Below are positions 11,372 through 22,691 of a DNA stretch of 64,000 nucleotides, one piece after another. The stretch covers positions 128,001 to 192,000 of the forward strand of contig CAWKHF010000007.1 of the NCBI GenBank assembly GCA_963849325.1, written 5' to 3'. The notes under the pieces were generated by a model that saw nothing but the letters and a program-made list of their open reading frames with translations, did no database searches and was not told the origin of the DNA. The stretch is from an uncultured Planctomycetota bacterium. GTDB lineage: Bacteria; Planctomycetota; Planctomycetia; Gemmatales; Gemmataceae. Both the position numbers and the translations under genes were made by a program. The stretch's first letter is position 1. Each line of letters begins with the position of its first letter.

Positions 11372-12469
11372 ATGAAAACCCTCGTCTCCTTCCTGGTGTT
11401 GGCAAGCTCCCTGACGCTGGCGGGTGCAGGCCGGCTGTCCGCCGGGGAACCGCCGAAGTCGCTGGAGAAGGGCAAGGTGCTCCTTCTCACCAACGAGCAC
11501 ACGATGGAAGGCGACATCGCCCGCGTCGGCGATGGCTACCGCGTGCGCCGGCTCATCGGCGAGACGTTGGTGCCGGCCGATCGCGTCCTGTGTCTGTCGG
11601 CGTCGCTGACGGACGCTTATGCTTTTCTGCGTTCACGGGCCAACCTGGGCGACGCGGACGAACGGCTGCGCCTGGCCAACTGGTGCCGGCTCAACGGTCT
11701 GCACTCGCAGGCGCTGGCCGAGATTCGAGCGGCGGTCGAATTGCGACCCGACCACGCCGAGACGCGCCTCATCCTGCAACACCTGGAACAGTCGGCGCCG
11801 ACGGCCGCTCCATCCGGGCCGGCGAAGACGGCGGCCCCGCTCGACACCGAGCCAGCGCCGCCGGTCGAGTTGACCACGGAGTCGCTCAGCCTGTTCGCCA
11901 CGCGCGTACAGCCGATCTTGATGAACACCTGCGCCAGCTGCCACGCCACGGGGAAGGGCGGCAAGTTTCGGCTGACACAGGCTTTCGAGAGCGGCCTCGG
12001 CAATCGGCGGACGCTGGAGCGAAACCTGTCGGCGGTGCTCGGCGAGATCAACGTCGGCCAGCCGGAATTGAGCCGGCTGCTGACCAAGGCGGTCAGCGAT
12101 CACGCCCACATGGGGCAACCTCCGCTCAAGGACCGCAAACAGACGCCGTATCGCACACTGGAGAGCTGGGTGAAACTGACCGTGGCCAACAATCCACACC
12201 TGCGCGATTCGCTGCCGGCAGCGGCCGCCGCGCCGGCAGCGCCGCCCTCGGCGTTCACGCCGGCTAACGGAACGCAATGGGGGGCGGACGCACGATCGCC
12301 CGTCTCCTCTGCTCCGCTGCCGCCTGCCGCGCCCTCGGCTCCCGTTCCGGTTTCCAACTCCGTACCCGCTGCGCCGCCCCCTGCCCCGATCGCCGGCCCG
12401 GCCGATCCGTATGACCCCGAACCGTTCAACCGCCAGATGCATCCCGAGACGAACAAGCCCAGCAGATGA
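11372..12469 (+). CDS. Secreted hypothetical protein with one CxxCH heme-binding motif and a Pro/Ala-rich tail
   Basis: Signal peptide; FATRVQPILMNTCASCH resembles planctomycete cytochrome c domains. Confidence 0.7.
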   Translation: MKTLVSFLVLASSLTLAGAGRLSAGEPPKSLEKGKVLLLTNEHTMEGDIARVGDGYRVRRLIGETLVPADRVLCLSASLTDAYAFLRSRANLGDADERLRLANWCRLNGLHSQALAEIRAAVELRPDHAETRLILQHLEQSAPTAAPSGPAKTAAPLDTEPAPPVELTTESLSLFATRVQPILMNTCASCHATGKGGKFRLTQAFESGLGNRRTLERNLSAVLGEINVGQPELSRLLTKAVSDHAHMGQPPLKDRKQTPYRTLESWVKLTVANNPHLRDSLPAAAAAPAAPPSAFTPANGTQWGADARSPVSSAPLPPAAPSAPVPVSNSVPAAPPPAPIAGPADPYDPEPFNRQMHPETNKPSR

Positions 12470-12470
12470 A

Positions 12471-12571
12471 ATAGGGACTAGGGAATAGGGACTAGGGGCT
12501 AGGGGCGAGAGAAGAATTCTTATTCAATGTCTTTTCTCGCCCTATTCCCTAGTCCCTATTCCCTAGTCCCT
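12471..12571. repeat. Inverted heptamer tandem repeat (TAGGGAC/TAGGGAA ... GTCCCTA/TTCCCTA)
   Basis: atagggactagggaatagggactaggggctaggggcgaga - AT-rich spacer - tctcgccctattccctagtccctattccctagtccct. Confidence 0.9.
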
Positions 12572-12591
12572 GTTCCGAAGGAGACGAACGC

Positions 12592-13996
12592 ATGACCGAC
12601 CGTCCGCTCTCGCCTCCGAGCGCTTCCGAGCTGTATCGCCTCTGGCGCCTGCGGGGAGAAAGACAAAGGAATCGTTCGGGAGGCAGCAGCCTGGGCCTGG
12701 CCCTGGGATTGTGGCTGGTGCTGGCCGCGGCGGTCGGCGCGCGGACGCTGGCGCGGCCGGCGAGTCACACGGTCTTCCCCATTTTCGCGGCCAGCACGGA
12801 ACACTGGTGGAGCGATCAACCGCTGTACCATGACGATCCGGACCTGGACACCTTCCGCTATCCGCCGGTCTTCCCGTTGTTCGCGACGCCGTTCACGGCC
12901 CTGGGACTGTCCGTGGGAGGCATCCTCTGGACGTGGGCCGGCATGGCCGTTTACGTCGCCGGCCTGTGGGGATTCGTGCGCGATGTGATTCCGTCGGCGT
13001 GGACGCGACAGCGGACGGCCTTGTTTCTGATGCTGGGCGCCCTCGGAGGCGCTGCGCGGCGTGTGGAACGCACAGAGCAACGCCCTGATGGTGGGACTGC
13101 TCCTGCTGGGGGCGGCGGCCCTGGTGCGCGCCGTTAAGGGCGACCGTCGGGCCGACGCCGGGTCGCGCTGGTGGCTGGCGGCCTTCCTGCTAGCCGCGCC
13201 GGCGTGTCTGAAACTGACTCCGCTCCCCGCCGTGCTGCTCCTGTGCGCACTCTGGCCGCGTCGTCTGGCGTGGCGCTTGAGCGTCACGATGGCCGTCTTC
13301 TTCGCCCTACCGTTTTTGACTCGGCCGCCCGAGGTCGTGCTGGAACATTACCGCGATTGGATGGAACATTTGCTGGAGTCGGGCAGCGCCCGCTGGCTCG
13401 GATTTCGGGACGGCTGGACGGTCTGCCTGGTACTGCGGCACGTGTTCGGTGGCGAACCCGGCCCGTTGGCGTTGCGCGAGCCGATCGATTCCTCATGCTA
13501 TCGCCTGGTGCAGTTGGTAACGGCCGCCGGCGCCCTGGTCTGGTGCCTGGGACAGCAGCGCCGCGCCGCCCGGCTCGGCCTGGGCTGTCGCTGGCTGGTC
13601 CACGTCACCTTGAGCATGGGCCTGGCCTGGATGATGTTGTTCGGGCCGGCCGTCGAGCACGCCACCTACGTCTTCCTCACGCCGCCCCTGGCCTGGGCGC
13701 TTCTGGAGCGACGGACCTGGCCGCACGGTCAGGGACTGATCCTGGCGGCATTCGGGCTGGTCATGATTCTCGGCTGGGGAGCGGTCACGCGCCTGCTTCC
13801 GAGTTGGCCGGTATTGTTGACGACACTACCGGCCGGCACCGCCCTGTTCGCGTTCTGGCTGATCGGCTACGCTCGGGTGGCCCAGCCCTGCGGCGTTCTC
13901 GGTCGATCCGGCTTCGCGCCGAGCGAAGAGGAGCGAGACCCACGGCACGGACCCTTCCGGCGCTCCGGCGCTCGCCGCGCCGGCTTCCAGTCCTGA
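12592..13996 (+). CDS. GT87/DUF2029-family membrane glycosyltransferase; frameshift near 13050
   Basis: FRYPPVFPLFATPF, WNAQSNALM, LKLTPL, multiple TM helices. Confidence 0.75.
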
Positions 13997-14358
13997 ACCT
14001 CCTCCTCGACCGCGGAGGATCGCCGGCCGCTCAACGGTATCCTTTCACGAAAGAGGAAGGCGTGGACATGGCTCAGTTCCTGGTGCGGGAAGACAGGGGG
14101 TAATTTCCACCGCGCTCCAGCCGACCACGCCGACATGCCGATTTCCCACCCAAGTAACAGCTGCACACCCGGGACACGCCGGCAGTCATTATAGCGAGAG
14201 GCTGTGTCGGCCTTGGCCTGATAGAATAGACACGACGCCAGCGGCGAATGGGCAGTCCGGGAGGCTTCGCTGCTCCCTGTCCTCCTTGATCCGCATGGGG
14301 CGATGTTCTATCTTCAATCATCATCCGTCCGTGTCATGCCCCTGCTTTCTCCGAGGAT

Positions 14359-17300
14359 ATGATGCGCTCCGTCACTCTCTGTGCCGCCGCCTTGTTGCTC
14401 ACCGTTCTCGCCGCCGCTGGCCGTTCCCAGAACAAGCGGGATCCCAACGTCGCTTCGACGCCGCACCGCACGCCGGATGAGGAGCGCAAGCTGTTTCGTC
14501 TGCCGCCGGGCTTCGAGGTCCAGCTCGTCGCCGCCGAGCCGGACATCCACAAGCCGCTCAATCTCGCCTTCGACGACCGCGGCCGACTGTGGGTCACGGA
14601 AACGGTCGATTATCCCTTCCCCGTCCCACCCGGTACGATGCCGCACGACGGCGTGAAAGTCCTCGAAGACTTCGGACCCGACGGCCGGGCACGCAAGATC
14701 ACCACCTTTGTCGATCGCCTATCTATTCCCATTGGCGTCCTACCGTTGTCGGACCCGGGCCGCGCGAAGCTCTCGTCTTCAGCATCCCCTCGATTTATCG
14801 CATGCGCGACAACCACGGCAGCGGCTACGCCGACAGCCGCGAGGTACTTTACTCCGAGTACGGCCGACGCGATACGCACGGCCTGACCGGCTCGCTCACC
14901 TGGGGCTTCGATGGCTGGGTCTACGCCTGCCACGGCTTCTCCAACGATTCAACCGTGCGGGCACGGGACGGCAGCTCGATCCACATGCAATCGGGCAACA
15001 CCTACCGCATCCGGCCCGACGGCGGCCACATCGAGCCGTTCACACACGGTCAGGTCAATCCGTTCGGTCTGTCGTTCGACGCCCTGGGCAACCTGTACTC
15101 GGCGGACTGTCACACGCAGCCGATTTATCAGCTCCTGCGGGGCGCCTGGTATCCGAGCTTCGGCAAGCCGCACGACGGACTCGGTTTCGGCCCGGAGACG
15201 TACAAGGGCTACACCGAATCGACCGCCGTGGCCGGCATCGCCGTTTATGCCGCCGATAATTATCCGCCGGCCTGGCAGGGCAGCGCCTTCGTCGGCAACG
15301 TCATCAGCCATCGCCTCAATCAGTTCGCCATCGAATGGCACGGCTCCAGTCCCAAGGGCGTGCTGAAGCGTTTCCTCGAATCGGACGACCCGTGGTTCCG
15401 GCCGGTCCACGTGCAACTCGGACCCGACGGAGCGCTGTATGTCGCCGACTTTTACAACCGCATCATCGGCCATTACGAGGTGCCGCTGACGCACCCTGGC
15501 CGCGATCGCACCAGCGGCCGCATCTGGCGCATCGTCTACCGCGGCGATGACCACGGCGGCACCCCCGCCCCGCGCGGCGACTGGACCACGGCGGCGGTCG
15601 AGGATCTGGTCAAGGACATGGGACATCCGAATTTGAGCGTGCGGATGAAGGCAATGAACCAGCTCGTCGCGCGCGGCGGCAAGGAGGGACAGCAGATGGT
15701 GCGCGACCTGTTGGCGTCCGACGCGGCGAACGCCTGGCAGTGGATTCATGGCTTGTGGACGCTGGAGCGCGCCGGCACGCTGGAGAACGCGCTGCTGGAG
15801 AAGGGAGCCAAGCACAAGGACCGCGGCGTGCGCGTGCATGCTCAGCGTGTCCTGAGCGAGCGAACCAGGCTGACATCGGAGCAGCACGCGCTGGCCCTGG
15901 CCGGTCTGAAGGATCGTGACGCGAACGTCCGTCGTGCGGCTGCCGACGCCCTCGGTCGCCACCCCGACGCGGCGAACATCCGACCGCTGCTTGACCTGCG
16001 CCAGGAGGTGCCCTCTGACGACACGCACCTACTGCACGTCGTCCGCATGGCCCTGCGCGATCAGCTCCGGCCCTCCGCCAACTGGGCGAAGCTGCCGGCG
16101 GAGAACTGGACCGAGCGCGACGCCCGCGCCATCGCCGACGTATCGCTGGGCGTGTCCAGCGCCGAGGCGGCCGCGCACCTGCTGGGGTATCTGCGCCGGT
16201 ACGGCGAACACGGCGACATGCTGCCGCGCTGTGTGCAGCACGTCGCCCGTTACGGCGCCGAGCCGGTAACCAAGCAACTGCTGGAGTTCGTCCGCGCCGA
16301 CCAGCCGCAGGACCTTGGCCGACAGGCGGCCCTCTTCCGCGCCATCGAACGTGGCACCCAGGAGCGCGGCGGCAAACTCGTGGGGCCGGTGCGCGCCTGG
16401 GCCGTGGACTTGACTGACCGTCTGCTCGCCTCGAAGCATGGCCCGGACCTGCAAGCCGGCATCGAGCTGGTGGGCGTGCTGAAGTTGAAGGACCAGCAAG
16501 GGCGGCTGGCGGAGATCGCCGTCCAGCGCGAGACGCCGGAGGGACAGCGTAAGGCCGCCCTCGACGCTCTGGCGAACCTCGACGCTCGCCGCCACGCCGC
16601 CGTACTTGGCGGCGTGCTCTCCGACGCCGAATCGCCGTTCGCCCTACGCGAGCAGAGCGCCAACCTGCTGGCGCGATCGAACCAGCCTCAGACGCAGGCG
16701 GAATTACTCAAGGTCCTACCCACGGTGCCGGCTCGCTTGCAGACCGTCATTGCCACGGGACTGGCAGGTAGTCCCACCGGGGCCGAGAAGCTGCTCGAAG
16801 CCGTCAAGGCCGGCAAGGCGTCGGCGCGGCTGTTGCTAGATCCCGCCGTTGCACTGCGTCTGAAGACAGCGAAAATCCCCAAGCTGAAGGAACGCCTCGC
16901 GGAGCTGACCGCGGGTCTGCCGCCGGCCGGCAAGGACATGCAAGACCTGCTCAAACATCGGCGCGACGGTTTCCTCAAGGCGAAGCCGGACGCCTCCGTC
17001 GGCGCTCAGGTCTTCGTCAAGAACTGCGCCAACTGCCACCAGGTCGGTGGGCAGGGCGCCAAGATCGGGCCGCAGCTCGACGGCGTCGGCGTCCGCGGAC
17101 TCGACCGCCTACTCGAAGACGTCCTCGATCCCAATCGCAACGTCGATCAGGCATTCCGTCTGACGACGCTCAACCTCAAGAAGGGACAGGTCGTCTCCGG
17201 GTTGCTGCTCAAAGAGGAAGGAGCGGTGCTGGTGCTGGCTGACGCGCAGGGCAAAGAGGTGCGCGTGACCAAGGACGCGGTTGAGGAGCGCGGCACGTCG

Positions 17301-17417
17301 CAAATCTCGCCGATGCCAGCCAACTTCGCCGAGCAAGTCCCCGAGGCGGACTTCTACAACATGCTGGCCTATCTGCTGAGCTTGCAGAGCAAACCCGATA
17401 AACCAGCCGGCAAATAA
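14359..17417 (+). CDS. PVC-type heme-binding membrane-bound dehydrogenase-domain protein; frameshift near 14765
   Basis: FRLPPGFEVQLVAAEPDIHKPLNLAFDDRGRLWV; DPWFRPVHVQLGPDGALYVADFYNRIIGHYE; HEAT repeats; CANCH...IGPQLDGVG...SPMPANF. Confidence 0.9.
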
Positions 17418-17560
17418 TCCGCTGGAGCGCCGCTGGATCCTTCCATTCCGCACCATCGTTCTTTTCGTGATAGGATTGTGCAACTTGGACGACCAATCCG
17501 GGCGGCCGGAACAGAGAAGAGGCCTTGTTTCCGGCCGCCTCGGACGTCCTTAGCCGCACA

Positions 17561-18700
17561 TCAGCCCGCGTCGTAAAGCAGGCCGGTGGCGTCGCGGAGG
17601 GTAAAAGCGATCTCCTTCATCTGCATTTCATCCCACCCCGAATAGACGACGTAGGCCGGGAAACCGTGATCGCGGCTCAGCGATACGTGGAACGTGACCT
17701 TGTGAATCGCAAGGTAGTACCAGATCAATCCCGGAATGATGCCGGAGATGAAGAGAACAAGCAGAATGATGTAATCCATGTTGCTGACGTCGCGGTGCTG
17801 GCCGCTAGCGATGCCTTCGTAGCCGCGCACTTCGGTCGTCTGCGGCATCAGGGGAACAAAGCAGACACGCCAGGTCTTGATTAACTCGACCCGACCGCGC
17901 GGGTCGCGTATCAGGCGAATGCGGGCGTAGGTGCCGAGCAGGAACCCCATCATCAGCGTGAACAGGAGGAAGGAGCCGACGAAGACGCCGAGTTCCGCGC
18001 CGCCGACGAAAACGCCGATTAGCCCCAGCGTCAGCGACACGGCCTCACAGGCGCCGAAGAGGGCCAACCGCGTTGACAGGGAGTAGTTCGTCTCCCATTC
18101 GCGTTCGATCGGCTGGTAAGTCTTGACGACCTTCTTGCGTTTGCGGAAGTGGAAGCCGCAGCGCACGCACAGCACGGAACCAGGCGGCAGCACATAGGTG
18201 CAGTCAGGGCAGCGGACTTCGTCGCCCCCCTCGACGCCGTAGGGCGTCGAACCTTCCTCCTCGTCGCCCTTGTCGTCTGGATCATCCACGGAGGGCCACC
18301 AGACCGGCTCCTGCTGGCCGGCCGGCACCTTGTCGGGGTTACAGTGGGGACACTCGCCCTGGCGGCGGATGAGACGTCGGCAGCGGCGGCAGGGGAAGCG
18401 CGGCTCGGCAACGGCCGGCTTCGGCTCGGGCCGTTCCTCCGGCTCGGGAGCGCGGAAACGCGGCGATTCGTCCGCCTCCGCGCGGTTTGGCGGGTCATCG
18501 GGCAGCCAGCGGACTTCTTCTTCCTCGACCTCGGCCGACCTGGCTGTCGGGTTGGGGCGTGCCCGGCTGGGGGAGTCCGCTTCCTGACGGGCGGACTCCG
18601 GCACCGAGCAAATGACGCCGCAGGGGCACTGGATTTTGTTGCGCCGGTAGCCGTCGGGGATCGGCACCGGCTGCCCGCAGCCCTCGCAAATGAGCCTCAT
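17561..18700 (-). CDS. Zinc-ribbon-containing membrane protein
   Basis: MRLICEGCG..CPCG, CRRC..CPHC, CPDC..CVRC, then three hydrophobic segments. Confidence 0.7.
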   Translation of the reverse strand: MRLICEGCGQPVPIPDGYRRNKIQCPCGVICSVPESARQEADSPSRARPNPTARSAEVEEEEVRWLPDDPPNRAEADESPRFRAPEPEERPEPKPAVAEPRFPCRRCRRLIRRQGECPHCNPDKVPAGQQEPVWWPSVDDPDDKGDEEEGSTPYGVEGGDEVRCPDCTYVLPPGSVLCVRCGFHFRKRKKVVKTYQPIEREWETNYSLSTRLALFGACEAVSLTLGLIGVFVGGAELGVFVGSFLLFTLMMGFLLGTYARIRLIRDPRGRVELIKTWRVCFVPLMPQTTEVRGYEGIASGQHRDVSNMDYIILLVLFISGIIPGLIWYYLAIHKVTFHVSLSRDHGFPAYVVYSGWDEMQMKEIAFTLRDATGLLYDAG

Positions 18701-18843
18701 CCGCAGGTCTCCCCTCGGCCAATGTCGAAACGACTGAAACCGTCTCCATCGTATCCCGCGTGGAGCACGGACGCCACAGCGACGCGACAACGGGCCATAG
18801 AATGACAGCAAGGAAGACCTCAGAGGCACGAACCCAATGCCTT

Positions 18844-18932
18844 TTGACCACGGATAACACGGATAACACGGATAAAACCCAAGAAGCGTTCTGGTTTTCT
18901 TTATCCGTGTCATCCGTGTTATCCGTGGTTAA
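18844..18932. repeat. Inverted 9-mer tandem repeat (CACGGATAA x3 ... ATCCGTG x3)
   Basis: ttgaccacggataacacggataacacggataaa - spacer - tttatccgtgtcatccgtgttatccgtggttaa. Confidence 0.9.
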
Positions 18933-18970
18933 ATGTGCCTTTTGTTAGTGGCCTTCACGGAGATCGAGCG

Positions 18971-19793
18971 ATGCGCGTGGCGGCGGTTCAGCTCACCTCG
19001 ACGGCGGACAAGTCGCGCAACCTGGAGGCGGCCGGGGCATTCCTCGCCGCCGCGGCGCGAGAGGGGGTCGGCTCGTGGTCCTGCCGGAGATGTTCAACGT
19101 CCTGGGCGATCCCGAGGTGCTGCGTGCGGGCGCCGAAGCGCTGGATGGCCCGACCCTGCGCTGGCGCAAGAGCAGGCGCGGACGAACGGCGTCTGGCTCC
19201 TGGCCGGCAGCATCATGGAGCGCGTCGCCGATCAAGATCGGCTGTTCAATACCTCCTGTCTGATCGACCCCCAGGGCGAACGGCGGGCGACGTACCGCAA
19301 GATTCATCTGTTCGATTGCGACGTACCGGGGGCGAGCCTGCACGAGTCGGTCACGGTGATGCCGGGCCGCGACATCGTCGGCGCCGAGGCGGACGGCGTT
19401 TCGCTGGGCCTGTCGATCTGCTTTGACCTGCGTTTCCCGGAGTTGTTCCGCATCCTCGCCCTGGGCGGCGCCCGGTTGATCGTGCTTGCGTCGGCGTTCA
19501 CCGAGCGAACCGGCCGCGATCACTGGGAAGTGCTGGTGCGGGCGCGGGCGATCGAGAATCAGGTGTTCGTGGTCGCCGCGAATCAGGTGGGCGCGAGTAC
19601 GCCGAAGCTGCGCTGGTTCGGACGGTCCATGATCGTCGATCCGTGGGGCATCGTGCTGGCGCAGGCGCCGGACCACGAGGGACACATTGTCGCCGATCTG
19701 GATTTCGCGGCGCAAGACCGGATGCGGACGCAACTGCCGAACCTGGCGAATCGCCGACCGGAAGCCTATGGCTGGCCGACGAGAAGCGGATGA
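18971..19793 (+). CDS. Carbon-nitrogen hydrolase (Nit1/deaminated-glutathione-amidase-like); frameshifts near 19070 and 19160
   Basis: MRVAAVQL, VLPEMF, YRKIHLFD, GLSICFDLRFPE, RARAIENQ, GRSMIVDPWG (E-K-C triad). Confidence 0.9.
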
Positions 19794-19982
19794 GCTATCC
19801 CGATGAATGCGTTGGGATGCCGACTATCCCTCCCTAAAGATACTCAAGCCTTTACTTCCCACTGAAGAAAGGTTGGCGCGGCTGGAAGCCGCTGCCCGTG
19901 ATGCGACAAGACAAAAAGCGACCGCAGCTTGAAGCAGGCGGACCGTGAGGCATTTCCTGTGTTGGGTTCTTAAAGAGAACAA

Positions 19983-21434
19983 TCACTTCGGGGACTTGCC
20001 GAAAAGTTTCTCCATCGACCGTTGGTGTTGTTCGAGGATCTCTTTCAAGCGGGCGGGGTCTTCCGGAAAACGGCCCTGGTCATCGGTATCCGTGATCCAC
20101 TTTTCCAGCACCGTCCGAAAGCGTTTCAGGGTCTTTTCGTGTTCAGGCAAGGCAGCCAGGTTGGTCAGTTCCCACGGATCGGTCTTCAGGTCGTACAGCT
20201 CCTCCGTCGGCCGGCGCTCGGCCATGAACTTCGCCTGGGCCGCGTTCAGCTTGCCCTCGGCAAACAGCTGGCGCATGAGAGGAACGTTCGGATTCGTGTG
20301 CTCCGCGTAGACCATGCGCTGGAGATAAGGGCGCTCGGGATAGAAATTGCGCAGGTATCGATAGCGGTCATCGCGCACGACGCGCACCCGGTCGACGGCT
20401 TCATCGCAGCGGTCGGCGGCGCAAAAGACATACGCGCGGCGCTTCGCTCCCTTGCCTAGAAACGGTTGGCCGTGCATCTGGTCCGGCAGCGGCACACCTG
20501 CCAAAGCCAGCGAAGTGGCCGTCACATCGATCAGGCTGACCAGATCGTCGCTGGCGGAGCCGGCGGGGATCTGGCCGGGCCAGCGCACCAGCAAAGGCAC
20601 GCGAAAGCCCTGCTCATAGGCGAAATACTTGCCGCGAAAACACTCCCGCCCGTGATCGCCGAAGAAGAACACGATGGTGTTGCCGTCCAGACCCTCCTCT
20701 TTGAGCAGGTCCAGCACCTTGCCGATTTTTTCGTCCAATGTTTGGATCGAATCGTGATACAAGGCCCAGTCTGCCCGCGTGACGGGATGATCGGGCAGAT
20801 AAGGGGGCAGCTTCACTTTGTTGGGGTCGGTCGGATTCCGCTTGGCTTTTTCGTAAGGGCGGTGTGTTTGGTGGAAATTCACCTGAGCATAAAACGGCTG
20901 GTGCCCTTTGAGGTCCTTCCACTTTTGAGAATCAAAAGGCTTACGCTCGGGTTTGAAATTCCAGTCTGTCTTGCCCGTGCCTGAGAAACCGATGGCCGTG
21001 GGAAACTCCTTGATGTTGGCCGCGAAATAACCGGCCTCGTGCAGGCGGTCGGTGATCAAGCGCACGCCATCCGGAAGGCGATAACCGTCGTTGCGATGGC
21101 TCCTATGATTATGGGCGCCTATCGAGGTCTGATACATACCCGTGCAAAATGCCGAGCGCGACGGCGAACAGACGCTCCCCGTGGAAAAGGCGCGGCGATA
21201 CTTCCGCCCTTGTGAGGCGAGCTTGTCTAGTTGAGGCGTGCGGGCGTCCGGATCACCGTAACAACCGAGATCGCGCCCGAGGTCTTCGCCGATGAGCCAA
21301 AGAATGTTTGGCTTTGGGAGCAGCTTGTCTGCGGGGAATGCTGCTGCCGGGCGGAGGAGAAGAGCCAGCGGAGCCAGCGCCGCGAACGACACAAGCCACG
21401 ACAACGACCCTCCGCGAGAGTCAAGGACACGCAT
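19983..21434 (-). CDS. Sulfatase (formylglycine-dependent)
   Basis: KPNILWLIGEDL, CSPSRSAFCTG, GKTDWN, FFGDHG, EELYDLKTDPWELTNLA. Confidence 0.92.
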   Translation of the reverse strand: MRVLDSRGGSLSWLVSFAALAPLALLLRPAAAFPADKLLPKPNILWLIGEDLGRDLGCYGDPDARTPQLDKLASQGRKYRRAFSTGSVCSPSRSAFCTGMYQTSIGAHNHRSHRNDGYRLPDGVRLITDRLHEAGYFAANIKEFPTAIGFSGTGKTDWNFKPERKPFDSQKWKDLKGHQPFYAQVNFHQTHRPYEKAKRNPTDPNKVKLPPYLPDHPVTRADWALYHDSIQTLDEKIGKVLDLLKEEGLDGNTIVFFFGDHGRECFRGKYFAYEQGFRVPLLVRWPGQIPAGSASDDLVSLIDVTATSLALAGVPLPDQMHGQPFLGKGAKRRAYVFCAADRCDEAVDRVRVVRDDRYRYLRNFYPERPYLQRMVYAEHTNPNVPLMRQLFAEGKLNAAQAKFMAERRPTEELYDLKTDPWELTNLAALPEHEKTLKRFRTVLEKWITDTDDQGRFPEDPARLKEILEQHQRSMEKLFGKSPK

Positions 21435-21567
21435 GAGGAATAGCTCCTGTGCGGCCGGGAGGAATCCGGGAAATAGTCTCTCGGAAGTCCCACGCCTGGA
21501 TGACTTCACCGATCTTTCCCAGATGGCCCTCTCCCGGGGTCCGGCTACGACGCCAACGGTTGATCCT

Positions 21568-21861
21568 ACCATGGAGCCAACTTCCCAACGACGTGTGTTT
21601 GCGGATGGAGGCGGCGCGGAGGGCCAGCACGAGAAAGACGGCCTGGCAAGCGTCCTCGGTATCCTGATCGTGTTGGAGCACTCTCCGGCAGACGCCCAGG
21701 ACCAGGGGACCGTAGCGCTCCACGAGGGCAGTGAAGGCTGCCTCGTCGTGAGAAGCGAGGAAGCGCTGGAGTAGTTGATGGTCGGGGAGCGCGGCCAAGG
21801 TCTGCCCAGCCGCCAGCAGGCGCAATTGCTGCAAGACGTGTCTCATCTGCCCGTTGGCCAT
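21568..21861 (-). pseudogene. 5' fragment of a Gemmata-type ECF sigma factor (region 2 only)
   Basis: GGAGGGAG RBS; MANGQMRHVLQQLR...DHQLLQRF...DEAAFTALVERYGPLVLGVCRRVL...EDACQAVFLVLA..AASIR...LGSWLHG, after which similarity stops. Confidence 0.8.
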
Positions 21862-21944
21862 GTTCGCTCTCCCTCCCAACTCTCGACCTCTATCTCCATG
21901 GTGTCCGGGAGAGCCGTTCTCGACATGGTATTTTTCGTCGCGGG

Positions 21945-22502
21945 TTATTTATCTCCGCGAGCCAGCAATTCCACTGCGGCGCGGAGGCCGCGATGGCTCT
22001 CGAAGAAGCGCTGGGCCAGGCTGTCCATCAAGGTGAGGAACGAAAGCAGATCGTTGACGCGGCGGCGCCGGTCGGCGGCTTGCGGCTCTTCCGCCGCCGC
22101 GCCTAGCGTCTCTACCGACAGGCGTTCGCGGCACTGCCGCAGCGTGTTAAGGATAGGATCGATTTCGCGCCGCTTGCGCTGGGCGGCGACCAGGGTGAAC
22201 ATCTCCCACACGTCGCTGAGCGATTCGTAGTAATCGCGACGGTCGCCGCGCTTGTGGACGCGGCGAATCAGGCCCCACTCGGCCAGCTTGCTCAGGCTCA
22301 TGCTGACGTTGCCGCGCGAAATGCCCAGGCGGTCCATGATGTCGTCCATCGAAAGAGCGGCGCCCGTGACAAAGAGGAGACCGTGAATCTCGGCCATCGT
22401 CGGACTGATGCCCCACAGCGAACTCATGCTCCGCCACAGCCCGACGAACTCCTCCTCAACTTCGTCGAGGGTCCGCGCCAACTCCGCCCGGCGAGTTTTC
22501 AT
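21945..22502 (-). CDS. GbsR/MarR-family transcriptional regulator
   Basis: FVGLWRSMSSLWGISPTMAEIHGLLF...SMDDIMDRLGISRGNVSMSLSKLAEWGLI...GDRRDYY. Confidence 0.88.
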   Translation of the reverse strand: MKTRRAELARTLDEVEEEFVGLWRSMSSLWGISPTMAEIHGLLFVTGAALSMDDIMDRLGISRGNVSMSLSKLAEWGLIRRVHKRGDRRDYYESLSDVWEMFTLVAAQRKRREIDPILNTLRQCRERLSVETLGAAAEEPQAADRRRRVNDLLSFLTLMDSLAQRFFESHRGLRAAVELLARGDK

Positions 22503-22587
22503 TGCTTTTAGCCCCTTCAAGAAAGCATGAAAACATCGTAACCTGAACAGAAGGGCCAATCAAGTTCCCGCCCCTTCGTAACGATCT

Positions 22588-22650
22588 CCGACCAGCCCGG
22601 AGCGCCAGCGACGGGTATTTAACCCGTCGCTGGCGCTCCGGGCTGGTCGG
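22588..22650. repeat. REP/REPIN-like palindrome (29-bp arms)
   Basis: ccgaccagcccggagcgccagcgacgggt-attta-acccgtcgctggcgctccgggctggtcgg. Confidence 0.9.
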
Positions 22651-22691
22651 GAGACGACATCGACTTGCAACGAGTGGAAGCCGAACTTGCC

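Noticed and set aside
19983-22502. GbsR-like regulator plus sulfatase as a choline-sulfate utilisation unit
   Set aside because: An ECF stump separates them, no choline or betaine transport or oxidation genes are nearby, and sulfatase specificity cannot be read from the motifs.
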